Part shown: in pieces, positions 52,895 to 62,560 of the stretch
How positions within the stretch are numbered: position 1 is the first letter of the stretch
Layout: every line of letters starts with the position of its first letter
NCBI GenBank assembly: GCA_050014355.1
Contig: JBEKDL010000006.1
Coordinates: 1,543 to 65,542, forward strand
Length of the DNA stretch: 64,000 bases
Direction of reading: 5' to 3'
Source: Dehalococcoidales bacterium
Lineage (GTDB): Bacteria; Chloroflexota; Dehalococcoidia; Dehalococcoidales; RBG-16-60-22
The notes under the pieces: generated by a model
Databases searched by the model: none
What the model was told of the DNA's origin: nothing
Seen by the model: the letters and a program-made list of their open reading frames with translations, nothing else
Translations under genes and position numbers: made by a program

Positions 52895-53602
52895 TTAGCC
52901 GATTTGAGCTTCATTATCAACCGGGGCGCCCCGTTTCAGTGAAAGCCGCATGAGGTTGATGCCCGCCACCTCGACCCAGATGACTATATTGGCCACCAGG
53001 ATTCGCTCGACTAAACCGAAATAGTTAGCCCCGTCTTTGAAAAACGACAGCGCAATCGCGAAGAGCACCGAAAGGATGCATGTGACGATGGAGTATTTGA
53101 ACAGGCACCGCCAGTCGGGGTCTTTTTTAAAGTTGAACGCGAGCAGCAGGACGGCTATAGGGAACAGGGAGAAAGAGACTTTGGTGGCCAGGCCGTGGAT
53201 CATCCCCTTAATAGTCGTGGCGCCACCGGGAATATCGGTGTTGAAAGCGCCGATACAAAGCATCCCGAAGCCGAATAAAACAAACGCCGCGATACCCAGG
53301 TGAAACCACTTGGACCTTTTAACGTTGTAGAGTAGGCCAGCGGTGAATATCTCCACCAGTAGACCGAGCGCCAGGAAACCGATGGTCTGCAGCCAGCCGA
53401 TTGATGATAGTGCGAGGCTGGATATCGAGTTCTTGACGAGGCTGTAATAGGGAGTGATGAGCCCGGCGGTGAGGTCGCCGGTCTCCAGCATCAGTGGTGC
53501 CAGGATACCTGCCAGGGCCAGGGCGCTATGCGCATTCAATCGTCTGGCGATGGACAGCACTTTCGATTGAACAGGCAGGTATATGTCCCGATATTTTATC
53601 AT
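52895..53602 (-). CDS. hypothetical multi-pass membrane protein (DUF998-like?)
   Basis: 235 aa with 6-7 TM helices. Confidence 0.55.
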   Translation of the reverse strand: MIKYRDIYLPVQSKVLSIARRLNAHSALALAGILAPLMLETGDLTAGLITPYYSLVKNSISSLALSSIGWLQTIGFLALGLLVEIFTAGLLYNVKRSKWFHLGIAAFVLFGFGMLCIGAFNTDIPGGATTIKGMIHGLATKVSFSLFPIAVLLLAFNFKKDPDWRCLFKYSIVTCILSVLFAIALSFFKDGANYFGLVERILVANIVIWVEVAGINLMRLSLKRGAPVDNEAQIG

Positions 53603-53635
53603 ACCATAGTTATAACGTATTTCCGGGTATACTGG

Positions 53636-54121
53636 TTATTTCGTCCCGTACTGGACGAAAAGCGAGCCGGTGACCGGGTAAATAATCTCCAGAAAAACAG
53701 TTGTGTCCTTCCCGCTCGAGCTGCTGCCGGAGGTTAAGGATAACGTATAGGCGACGCCCTGCGCCTGACTGGCGATAAAAGAGAACCTGTCGGAACTGAC
53801 CCGATTGGTGCCGTCAGTTGATTGTGAGGTATAAATCGGCGAGCTACCGGAAACGCTGAAACCGATGCCCTCGCCTTTGACCATGTAAAAATAGCCGTCG
53901 ACTTTATCGCCGTCTTTCAGTTTCAGAATAAGCGAAACATCGCTCGCCAGGTTGATTTGAATCTGCTTCACCGTCCATACCTTGCTGATGGTGGCTTCCC
54001 TTACCGTGTCGACGCTGGCCGCGGGCGTTGTACTGGTGGCGTTAGGTTTCGACCCCAGCGAGCATCCTGCGACGCCGACTAAAGATAAAGCTACGATTAA
54101 GCACAGTATTTTTTTAAACAT
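53636..54121 (-). CDS. lipoprotein
   Basis: Signal peptide with lipobox LVGVAGC. Confidence 0.7.
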   Translation of the reverse strand: MFKKILCLIVALSLVGVAGCSLGSKPNATSTTPAASVDTVREATISKVWTVKQIQINLASDVSLILKLKDGDKVDGYFYMVKGEGIGFSVSGSSPIYTSQSTDGTNRVSSDRFSFIASQAQGVAYTLSLTSGSSSSGKDTTVFLEIIYPVTGSLFVQYGTK

Positions 54122-54200
54122 CTGTAACCCCTTATAAATTTTACTAATAATAATGTATATCTATTTGAACGTAATAGTCAATGGGGAGGTGGTGAGGGAA

Positions 54201-54228
54201 AGCTCAAAGCTCAAAGGTCAAAGCTCAA
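54201..54228. repeat. heptanucleotide tandem repeat (AGCTCAA x4, third unit AGGTCAA)
   Basis: Read directly. Lies 80-107 nt upstream of the lipoprotein start. Confidence 0.7.
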
Positions 54229-54256
54229 AACCACAACGAAAAAGGTAAAACTAAAA

Positions 54257-54445
54257 CTACTTTAATCGCTTGATGAGGTCTTCTTTTGAGATGTTATTCC
54301 AGAGGCTTACTTTACCGATGATATCACTAAGGGTACCTTTGGCCATTACTTTATGTACCGGAACGGAAATAGCGTGCTCGCCTGAAACGGTAACTTTCTT
54401 CAGGCGGACATGACTGCCCTTCTGCCTTATCACTTCGTAGCCCAA
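54257..54445 (-). CDS. hicA: HicA-family mRNA interferase toxin (N-terminus atypical)
   Basis: GYEVIRQKGSHVRLKK...VPVHK...GTLSDII. The only start is a TTG. The in-frame upstream QLVRLLQSL helix is cut off by a TAA. Confidence 0.7.
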   Translation of the reverse strand: MGYEVIRQKGSHVRLKKVTVSGEHAISVPVHKVMAKGTLSDIIGKVSLWNNISKEDLIKRLK

Positions 54446-54458
54446 AGACTGGAGGAGC

Positions 54459-54641
54459 CTAACTAGTTGACAAGGTTAAAATCGTAAGAGGTTCACCTAT
54501 TTCACCGTAATGTACGGCTACAGCTTCTTTAATATTTTGATGTAGCTCGTCCAGGGTTTTACCCTGCGTGAAGATATCCTCGCCGATACCGCGGGCGCAC
54601 CAGAACTCGCCGTCAAAGTAAAGTTCAATCTTAACTAACAT
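54459..54641 (-). CDS. hicB: HicB-family antitoxin (short, no DNA-binding domain)
   Basis: MLVKIELYFDGEFWCARGIG...TLDELHQNIKEAV. ATG after GGGAG. Confidence 0.65.
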   Translation of the reverse strand: MLVKIELYFDGEFWCARGIGEDIFTQGKTLDELHQNIKEAVAVHYGEIGEPLTILTLSTS

Positions 54642-54715
54642 AATCTCATCTCCCAATTAACCCTATTATAGCACACGGGGAAAAGGGGGGAGGGATCGTG
54701 ACCATTTAAATGCCC

Positions 54716-55363
54716 CTATGTTCCACTTGGTAAAATAGAGATATTCCCTTTGAAATCTGACACATCTATATTATTATTTTCAGGTATGACTAAAGTGTAG
54801 TGATTTCCGACTTGCCAGACATTAAACTTTAACTCCCCTTTTGATTTGGATAATTTGCCTACTATTTCCTCAACTATTTCTGGAGGTAATACAAAATCAA
54901 GTCTTAATCCAGATGCTGTTTGACAAAGTAATATTATAACTACACCACCTTTACCAATTTTTTCTCGCACTTTGTCTTCAGATAAACCAAGAAACCAGCG
55001 CCCAGGGCGCCCCTCCATTGTGGCTGTTGGAATTGCTACCCATAAGCCTGTTGATGTCTCTGCCCAAACATTATTAAATGGTTCGATCAATATACCTTTC
55101 TGTTGCAGTTCAGAAATATAACTCTTGCGTAGTTTCTTTCCCCTTGCCTTTTTCCCTGTGCCTATTGAAACGGAATCATTGTCAGTCGTAAGAATATTCC
55201 TTATTTCTTGATTATTTTCTGAACCAATTAGTTTCTTTATTGGAAGTTCGGATAGTACTTCTCTAAATTCAACATCCTTCAATACCAAGTTAACGACCTC
55301 TACCTTTTCTACCTTTGTTAAAGAACAAAGGGCTTGCACAAGGTGTTTGGCTATTGTATCCAT
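54716..55363 (-). CDS. hypothetical protein (AT-rich, foreign-looking)
   Basis: 215-aa ORF, markedly AT-richer than its neighbours. No recognised motif. Confidence 0.55.
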   Translation of the reverse strand: MDTIAKHLVQALCSLTKVEKVEVVNLVLKDVEFREVLSELPIKKLIGSENNQEIRNILTTDNDSVSIGTGKKARGKKLRKSYISELQQKGILIEPFNNVWAETSTGLWVAIPTATMEGRPGRWFLGLSEDKVREKIGKGGVVIILLCQTASGLRLDFVLPPEIVEEIVGKLSKSKGELKFNVWQVGNHYTLVIPENNNIDVSDFKGNISILPSGT

Positions 55364-55469
55364 TTATACCTCCTCTTATAATAACTTACACATACCTTAT
55401 CACATTACTTGCATTTTGTCAATAGTGTTATAGTAAGATATAAGTAAGTGAATATATGAAGGTATATAA

Positions 55470-58400
55470 CTAATGATTTACTTGAGATAATTCAAGATAA
55501 GTTCTAATTGTGTTCTCCACCACCCCCTTCCACCCCCTCCCTATCTTTTTATAGTTTATTCTTATCTGCGTGCGGCCCACGGCTATCTCATTGCGTAAGA
55601 AGGGGGCAAGTTTTTGCGTATCGAACGCGAGTTCGCCGAAGCGCCGGATAATAATCAGCCCTTCGTCCGTGGAAACTGATTCAATACCAGCTTTCGCCCC
55701 CAGCGCTTTAATCCTTACCGCATAAAACAGGTTTTCCACCTCCGGCGGCGGCGCACCGAAGCGGTCGGTGAGCGCCTTCCGGATATCGTCGAGCTTTTCC
55801 GCCGCCTCCACGCTCCCCAGTGTGCGGTAAAGCTCCAGGCGCGTGTCCACGTCCGCTACATAGCTTTCAGGGATAAATGCGTCCAGCGGCAGGTCGACGG
55901 TAGGGGCGGGGAGACGGGGCGGCGGCTTGGCTTTACCGGCGCGCAGGGCTTTCTGCTCTTCCACAGCTTCGGCCAGTAGCCGAGTGTACAGGCTGAAACC
56001 GACAGCTGTGATGTGGCCGCTCTGCCGCGTCCCGAGCAGGTTGCCCGCGCCTCTTATTTCCAGGTCTTTCATGGCGATGCCGTAACCCGCGCCGAGCTCG
56101 GTCGCCTCATAAATCGTGCGGAGGCGCTTGTGCGCGATGGGTGCCAGGCGCTTGCCGCCGTCATAGAGAAAATAAGCGTAAGCCAGGTTGGCGCCGCGGC
56201 CTACCCTGCCCCGCAGCTGGTAAAGCTGTGTCAGCCCGAACTTGTCTGCCTTGTTCACGATGATGGTATTGGCGTTGGGCATGTCCAGGCCCGACTCGAT
56301 AATCGTGGTGCAGACCAGGATATCCACCTCGCCCCGCGTGAACGCCGCCATGACTTTTTCGAGCTCGTCTTCCGGCATTTGCCCGTGACCTAACGAGATT
56401 CTCGCTTCGGGCACGAGCTCGCGCAGGTTATCGGCCACCATGCCGATGCTCTGGACGCGGTTGTGCAGGAAAAAGACCTGGCCGTTGCGCTCTAGCTCGC
56501 GCAGCACCGCCTCTCTGACCAGGTGGTCGTTATACTCGGCGACATAGGTCTTCACCGGCAGGCGTGCCTCCGGCGGCGTCTCCATGGTGCTCATGTCCCT
56601 GACGCCGACGAGCGACATGTGCAGGGTGCGGGGAATAGGGGTGGCGCTTAAGGTCAGTACGTCCACCTCCTGACGCATTTTTTTCAGGTGCTCTTTATGA
56701 TTGACGCCGAAACGCTGCTCTTCATCGATGATGAGCAGGCCGAGGTTTTTAAACGCTATGTCTTTCTGTAACAGCCGGTGCGTACCGATACAGATATCCA
56801 CGGTGCCGGCAGCCAGCCCGTCAACGATAGCGCGCTGCTCCGAAGGAGAGCGGAAACGGCTCAATACCTCGACCTTGACCGGGAAAGCTTCCAGCCTTTC
56901 GGAGAAAGTGGCAAAGTGCTGCTGCGCCAAAACGGTGGTCGGCACGAGCACGGCCACCTGCCGCCCGTCCATCACCGCCTTGAAAGCGGCGCGGATGGCT
57001 ATCTCGGTCTTGCCGTAGCCGACGTCCCCACAAACGAGGCGGTCCATCGGGCGCGCCTTTTCCATGTCGTCCTTGACTTCCTGGATGGCCTCGAGCTGGT
57101 CTGGCGTCTCGACGTAAGGGAAAGCGGACTCCAGCTCCTGCTGCCAGAGCGTATCGCGGGAAAAAGCGAAACCCGGGACGACTTCCCGCGAAGCATACAG
57201 GTCCAGGAGGTCTTTCGCGAGCACCTCCGCCGCCTCTTTGGCCCGCTGGCGGGTTTTGGTCCATTCCTGCGTACCGAGCCGGCTCAACACCGGTGTCCGG
57301 TCGCTGGCGCCCACGTAGCGGTTCACCCGGTCTATCTGGTCGGTAGGGACGTACAGCGTGTCGCTCGCCGCGTACTGTAAAACAAGGTACTCCTTTTCGC
57401 TGCCGGCGGCTTTCATCGTGGTCACGCCGGTAAATTTCCCGATGCCGTGCTCGACGTGGACGACGTAGTCGTCCGGTACAAAATCTATAGCCTGCTTACG
57501 ATGCGCCGCAGGTCGTTTGGTGACCAGACGCCGCTGTTTCACGAAGCCGAAAATCTCGGCGTCGGTGAAGAGATACGTTTCCGCGCCCATCACCCAGCCG
57601 TCCGGCAGCGAACCCTGCACCAGCGTTAGCGTACCCGGCGCCGGTAATTGGGTAACCTCTTCGCTGGGCGAAGTAATGATATCTTCTTCCAGGAATAGCT
57701 CGGAAAGGCGGCTCGCCTGGTGGCTGATAACAATGACGCGTTTGTGCTGTCCCAGGAGCTCCTTTGTTTTTTGCAGGAACAGGGGCAGCTTCCCGGCGTA
57801 ACCAGGGGCGGACATAAAGTCCAGCTGCTCCCCGATGCCCCAGGCGGTCAGGCTCAAACTCTGTCTTTCTTTTATCCCCGCCCCGAGTTCCTCCCAGGTG
57901 AAATACGGCCGGGGGAAGTTGCGCGGCAGCTCGCCGCGCTCAAGTTTTTCCGTGCGTAACCGGGCGGCCTCGGCATCGAACGCGGCGGCGGTTTCCTCAA
58001 CGACCGAAGGCTCATCGAGCACGACCAGCGCCCCGTCAGGAAAATAGTCGAGCAGTTTGCCCTGGTTGAAAAGAGGGGTATAAAACTCCGCTTCGTGGGT
58101 GAATTGACCTTCTAACAGAGCTGCAATGTCGCTCTGGAACTGCTGCCTGGCTTCCGCGGTACAGCCAGCCAGGTCGAGGCTATTTAATGCACTATCCAGC
58201 GACGTTTTATCCATGCGCCGCGGCGTTAAAAGCTCGGCTGCTGGTCCGAACCACACTGAAGGCACTTTATCGGTGGAGCGCTGGGTGGTCGGGTCAAAGC
58301 TGCGGATGCTGTCGATGGTATCGCCGAAAAACTCCAGCCGGACGGGTGTCTCACGGGTGGGCGGAAAGATATCGATAATACCGCCGCGGTGGCTCACCGT

Positions 58401-58940
58401 GCCGGGTATTTCTACCGTATTTTCCAGCCGGTAGCCCGTGTCTTCCAGCGCTTTGAGCAGGCGGAACGGCTCGATGGTCATGCCGAGAGAGAGCGTGCGG
58501 CAGGCAGAGGTAAAATCTTCGTAAGACGTGGTGCGGGACATCAGCGCCGCCGCCGAGGCTACTACCAGCGGGGGCGGGCTGCCCGTTTCTCCAGAGCCGC
58601 AGGCCGCCAGCGCGGAAAGCACCTGAATGCGCTCTATCTCCGTCGTCGTGTCGGAGACGAGCCTTTCGTAGGGCAGGACATCCGGCTCCGGGAAGAGCTT
58701 TATACCTTCGCCGGGACACCAGTTTAATAGCTGTTCGTGGAGCTTTTTGGCGTTCTCCGGCTGCGCCGTGACTACCAGTAAAGGCAACCGGAGGTCGCGG
58801 TAGAGCGTAGCGATGAGATAGGGCCTGGCTGCATCGAGCATCACCACCGCCTTATTCCCCCGCCCCTTAAGCGCCTCGAGGAGAATGCGGTAGGCCGGCA
58901 TGTCTTCGATTAACGTAAGCAGCAGGCTCAAGTCCGGCAT
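55470..58940 (-). CDS. mfd: transcription-repair coupling factor
   Basis: 1156 aa. [30 protein letters not shown], and a CarD-like region. Confidence 0.95.
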   Translation of the reverse strand: MPDLSLLLTLIEDMPAYRILLEALKGRGNKAVVMLDAARPYLIATLYRDLRLPLLVVTAQPENAKKLHEQLLNWCPGEGIKLFPEPDVLPYERLVSDTTTEIERIQVLSALAACGSGETGSPPPLVVASAAALMSRTTSYEDFTSACRTLSLGMTIEPFRLLKALEDTGYRLENTVEIPGTVSHRGGIIDIFPPTRETPVRLEFFGDTIDSIRSFDPTTQRSTDKVPSVWFGPAAELLTPRRMDKTSLDSALNSLDLAGCTAEARQQFQSDIAALLEGQFTHEAEFYTPLFNQGKLLDYFPDGALVVLDEPSVVEETAAAFDAEAARLRTEKLERGELPRNFPRPYFTWEELGAGIKERQSLSLTAWGIGEQLDFMSAPGYAGKLPLFLQKTKELLGQHKRVIVISHQASRLSELFLEEDIITSPSEEVTQLPAPGTLTLVQGSLPDGWVMGAETYLFTDAEIFGFVKQRRLVTKRPAAHRKQAIDFVPDDYVVHVEHGIGKFTGVTTMKAAGSEKEYLVLQYAASDTLYVPTDQIDRVNRYVGASDRTPVLSRLGTQEWTKTRQRAKEAAEVLAKDLLDLYASREVVPGFAFSRDTLWQQELESAFPYVETPDQLEAIQEVKDDMEKARPMDRLVCGDVGYGKTEIAIRAAFKAVMDGRQVAVLVPTTVLAQQHFATFSERLEAFPVKVEVLSRFRSPSEQRAIVDGLAAGTVDICIGTHRLLQKDIAFKNLGLLIIDEEQRFGVNHKEHLKKMRQEVDVLTLSATPIPRTLHMSLVGVRDMSTMETPPEARLPVKTYVAEYNDHLVREAVLRELERNGQVFFLHNRVQSIGMVADNLRELVPEARISLGHGQMPEDELEKVMAAFTRGEVDILVCTTIIESGLDMPNANTIIVNKADKFGLTQLYQLRGRVGRGANLAYAYFLYDGGKRLAPIAHKRLRTIYEATELGAGYGIAMKDLEIRGAGNLLGTRQSGHITAVGFSLYTRLLAEAVEEQKALRAGKAKPPPRLPAPTVDLPLDAFIPESYVADVDTRLELYRTLGSVEAAEKLDDIRKALTDRFGAPPPEVENLFYAVRIKALGAKAGIESVSTDEGLIIIRRFGELAFDTQKLAPFLRNEIAVGRTQIRINYKKIGRGWKGVVENTIRTYLELSQVNH

Positions 58941-59102
58941 TATATTCTATAAACGCCTTTAGGGCTCGTACTTCATCCCGGAGAGGTACAGCCCTATCTG
59001 GATTGTAACATAAAACAAGGTTTAAAAATATACGTGAGAGTTGTTTTATTTGTTCAACCAGCGGATGCTTGCTATAATGTAAAGATTGTGATTTGAGAAA
59101 TT

Positions 59103-60296
59103 ATGGGCAGTAGAGGCGAAAAAACCAGAAAAACAGGGTCACCTTACCGGAGAATCGTCATCAAGCTGGGCACCAGCCTGCTGACCGGCGGCGGCGATTG
59201 CCTGGATGAAGAGATGATGTCGCGCCTGGTGGAACAGGTGGCGCGGCTGCAGGCGCAGGGCGTCGAGCTGATTCTGGTGTCCTCCGGCGCGATAGCTTCC
59301 GGGCGGCATAAGCTGGGCTTGACGAAGTCCATCAAGGGTATACCTTTCAAGCAGGTGCTGGCGGCGGTGGGGCAAAGCGGGCTGATGCATACCTACGAGC
59401 GGCTTTTTGGCAAGTATAATGTCACCGTGGCGCAGGCCCTGCTGACCAAGTCCGACCTCGCCGACCGCCACGGATATCTCAACGCCCGCAACACCCTTTT
59501 GGCGTTGATGGAGCTGGGTGTGGTCTGCGTGGTCAATGAGAACGATGTGGTCTCCATCGATGAGATTAAGGAAGCCAAGTTCGGCGATAACGATAACCTT
59601 TCCGCCATGGTGGCCAATCTGGTGGACGCGGATATGCTCATCATGCTGACCGATATCGGCGGGCTATACACCGCGGACCCGCATGTTGACCCCTCCGCCC
59701 GCCTTATCCCCGAGGTGAGAAAAATCGATTCCGGCATCAAGCGGCTGGGGGCGGCGCCCTCGAGCAATCTCGGCACGGGGGGCATGGTCACCAAGATAGA
59801 AGCGGCGGAAAAGGCCACGGATGCCGGTGTGCGGGTGGTCTTCGCTTGTGGCCGCGAGCCGGATATTATCCTGCGGCTGGCCTCCGGCGAGCCTCTCGGC
59901 ACCCATTTCCTGCCCACGAGCACGAAAATCGAAAGTCGTAAGCGCTGGATGATTTCCGGGCTCTGTACGCGCGGCAAGCTCGTGGTGGATGCCGGCGCGG
60001 CGCAGGCTTTAAAAAAACAGAACCGCAGCCTCCTGGCCGCTGGCATCCTGAAAGCGGAAGGCAGGTTCGGCCGCGGAGAAATCGTCGCTATTTATGACAC
60101 GGACGGGACGCAACTCGGCTGCGGCATAGCTAACTACAGCTCCGGCGATATCGGCATCATCAAGGGGGCGCGTTCCGAGAAAATAGCCGGCCTTTTAAGT
60201 GTTGACTACGGCCCGGAGGTGGTGCACCGCAACAATCTCGCGCTTGTAGAAAGAGAGGAGCCAGGTGAGCATAGGCAGACTGTACCAGGCCATTGA
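59103..60296 (+). CDS. proB: glutamate 5-kinase
   Basis: [20 protein letters not shown]-terminal PUA region. Roughly 14 extra C-terminal residues read into the insertion. Confidence 0.95.
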   Translation: MGSRGEKTRKTGSPYRRIVIKLGTSLLTGGGDCLDEEMMSRLVEQVARLQAQGVELILVSSGAIASGRHKLGLTKSIKGIPFKQVLAAVGQSGLMHTYERLFGKYNVTVAQALLTKSDLADRHGYLNARNTLLALMELGVVCVVNENDVVSIDEIKEAKFGDNDNLSAMVANLVDADMLIMLTDIGGLYTADPHVDPSARLIPEVRKIDSGIKRLGAAPSSNLGTGGMVTKIEAAEKATDAGVRVVFACGREPDIILRLASGEPLGTHFLPTSTKIESRKRWMISGLCTRGKLVVDAGAAQALKKQNRSLLAAGILKAEGRFGRGEIVAIYDTDGTQLGCGIANYSSGDIGIIKGARSEKIAGLLSVDYGPEVVHRNNLALVEREEPGEHRQTVPGH

Positions 60297-60540
60297 CGGG
60301 AAATTCATCGGGGAAGTGAACTATAATTTCCAGCACGAAGAGGAGTTCCGCTGGTGGGGGGAACTGACGCTGGTGGACTACATGCGCATCAAGGACGGCG
60401 GCGGCTATATCATCGAGCTGGAAGACGGCCGCCATGCCCGCTGCGCTTTAAAGAAACGGGTCAACCGGGCGGTCACCAGCCTGCCCCCGCGCTATGTTTA
60501 CCACTTCTCCGGCAGCGGTGCTTTCGAGAAGGGGAGATAG
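60265..60540 (+). CDS. hypothetical protein
   Basis: 91 aa, GTG after AGAGAGGAG. Ordinary amino-acid composition, unlike the overlapping frame of the 610-aa track ORF. Confidence 0.5.
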   Translation: MSIGRLYQAIDGKFIGEVNYNFQHEEEFRWWGELTLVDYMRIKDGGGYIIELEDGRHARCALKKRVNRAVTSLPPRYVYHFSGSGAFEKGR

Positions 60541-60560
60541 ATTTTAAGGGGGAAGGGGGA

Positions 60561-62186
60561 ATGAAGACCAACGTTCTCTATTACGGGGATAATCTGGAAA
60601 TACTGAAAAACCGCGAATACTTCCCCGACGCCTGCATCGACCTTATCTATTTAGACCCGCCGTTCAACAGCAAGAAAGACTACAACATTTTATTCAAGGA
60701 AAACGGCGGCCTGGAATCCGAAGCGCAGATAAAAGCCTTCACCGATAGCTGGCACTGGACGCCGAAGGCCAGGGACGCTTACCACGACCTGATTATCAAT
60801 AGCCCCACCAACGTAGGCAAGCTCATCAACGCGCTGCATGATACGCTGGGCGGGAACGATGTAATGGCCTATCTGGTGATGATGACGGCGCGTTTGCTGG
60901 AGTTGCACCGGGTATTAAAGTCTACCGGCTCTTTATACCTGCACTGCGACCCCACCGCCAGCCACTACCTGAAGCTGGTGCTGGACCAGATATTCGGGCC
61001 GGCAAATTTTGTAAATGAAATTGCATGGAAACGCACAACAGCCCATGGAGATATAAAGCAAGGTGCACGTCATTTTGGAAGAATACACGACATAATTTTT
61101 AGATATTCCAAAGGAAAAGATTTCAAGTTCAATCCTCAATATAGCGATTACAGCGACGAATACGTAGATACTTTTTACAGACATATTGAGCCTGGCACAG
61201 GAAGAAGGTTTCAAGCAGTAGATTTAACAGCAAGAAAACCAGGTGGAGATACCCTTTACGAATGGAAAGGTAAGTTTCCATATCATGGACGTTATTGGGC
61301 TTATAGCAAGCAAAATATGGAGGAGTTTGAGAGAAAAGGGAGGCTTTTTTACACAAGCAGTGGTATGCCACGTTTAAAATATTATCTTGATGAAATGCAA
61401 GGTGTACCATTGCAGGATATATGGGATGATATATATCATACTCAGGGAAGTGAGCGTCTTGGTTACGAAACTCAAAAACCTCTCGCTTTATTAGAGCGTA
61501 TCATCAATGCCAGTTCCAACGAGGGCGATATCGTTTTAGACCCGTTCTGTGGGTGCGGCACGGCGGTGGTCGCCGCGCAGAAGCTTAAGAGAAAATGGAT
61601 TGGCATAGATATCACCCCGCTGGCCATTAACCTCATGCGCGTACGCCTGCGGGACAGCTTTAACCTTGACCCCGAGGTCGTCGGAGAGCCCGCGGACCTG
61701 GCCGGGGCCAAGGCCCTGGCCCACCAGCAGGACCGCTATCCGTTCCAGTACTGGGCGATGGGGAAAATCGGCGCCCGTCCGGTGGGAGAGAAAAAGAAAG
61801 GCGCCGATAAGGGCATTGACGGCATTATCCCGTTTATCGATAACTCCGGCGATAAGCGCAAAAACGTTATCGTCCAGGTGAAAAGCGGGCATGTAGGGGT
61901 AGACGTCATCAAAGTGCTTAAAACAACTGCCGCGAATGAGGCCATGGGCGTCCTTATTTCACTTGAGCCACCCACCAAACCCATGCAGGCCGAAGCCATG
62001 GAAGCGGGCTACTATCACTCGGATATCTGGAATAAAGATTATCCCAAAATCCAGATACTCACGATAGAAGAAATCTTACAGGGCAAACAGGTGGACATGC
62101 CCCCGCAAAAACAGACGAGCGTCGCCTTCGCTAAAGCGCCGAAAGTAAAAATGAAACAGGGCAAGCAGCTAACATTGGAAGAATAG
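60561..62186 (+). CDS. beta-class N6A/N4C DNA methyltransferase fused to a C-terminal Mrr-like restriction-endonuclease domain
   Basis: LIYLDPPFNS (motif IV) precedes TQKP and DPFCGCGT (motifs X and I). C-terminal GIDGIIPF...VIVQVKSG (D...QxK). ATG after GGGGGAAGGGGGA. Confidence 0.85.
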   Translation: MKTNVLYYGDNLEILKNREYFPDACIDLIYLDPPFNSKKDYNILFKENGGLESEAQIKAFTDSWHWTPKARDAYHDLIINSPTNVGKLINALHDTLGGNDVMAYLVMMTARLLELHRVLKSTGSLYLHCDPTASHYLKLVLDQIFGPANFVNEIAWKRTTAHGDIKQGARHFGRIHDIIFRYSKGKDFKFNPQYSDYSDEYVDTFYRHIEPGTGRRFQAVDLTARKPGGDTLYEWKGKFPYHGRYWAYSKQNMEEFERKGRLFYTSSGMPRLKYYLDEMQGVPLQDIWDDIYHTQGSERLGYETQKPLALLERIINASSNEGDIVLDPFCGCGTAVVAAQKLKRKWIGIDITPLAINLMRVRLRDSFNLDPEVVGEPADLAGAKALAHQQDRYPFQYWAMGKIGARPVGEKKKGADKGIDGIIPFIDNSGDKRKNVIVQVKSGHVGVDVIKVLKTTAANEAMGVLISLEPPTKPMQAEAMEAGYYHSDIWNKDYPKIQILTIEEILQGKQVDMPPQKQTSVAFAKAPKVKMKQGKQLTLEE

Positions 62187-62218
62187 GAAAACGCTGTCTT
62201 GGTGTATAGGAGGCTCGA

Positions 62219-62441
62219 ATGTCAATGGCTATGAAACATGATGATTTGAAAAAGTTATCGGACGATGATCTTAAAAAGAAGTATGATGAGGTAGCAGGAA
62301 AAACTGTAGTAGGATTAAACTTTTTTTTTGGAAGAGATTATACAAAGGAAACAGCGCAAATTTGAAAGGTTGAATATTTCCTTAAGCATTTGCTCCTTGA
62401 TTATTGCCGTTGGCGCGATTGCCGTTGCATTCATAAAGTAA
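62219..62441 (+). pseudogene. small tail-anchored membrane protein ORF split at a T9 tract
   Basis: MSMAMKHDDLKK...GLNFFF reads into a stop at 62363-62365. The +1 frame continues EEIIQRKQRKFERLNISLSICSLIIAVGAIAVAFIK*. Confidence 0.4.
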
Positions 62442-62467
62442 TAAAAATAACCAAGCCTTAAGAAGGG

Positions 62468-62540
62468 GCGTCTAAGATCCCGATTTATCGGGACTCTTTC
62501 AAATTATTTCCCCTTCCCCTGAATCGCGCAGGGGAAGGGG
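62468..62540 (+). repeat. hairpin-rich leader element copy 2
   Basis: GCGTCTAAGA, hairpin TCCCGAT-tt-ATCGGGA, a T-rich linker, the 12-bp hairpin CCCCTTCCCCTG-aatcgcg-CAGGGGAAGGGG, then ACAAAGGGG and the proA ATG. Confidence 0.55.
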
Positions 62541-62560
62541 ACAAAGGGGATAGGGTCACT

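Noticed and set aside
60354-60560. N-terminal extension of the methyltransferase (610-aa track ORF from a GTG at 60354).
   Set aside because: The extension is Arg/Pro/Gly-rich, as in off-frame translation of GC-rich coding DNA. It overlaps a compositionally normal 91-aa ORF in another frame. A strong RBS precedes the ATG at 60561.
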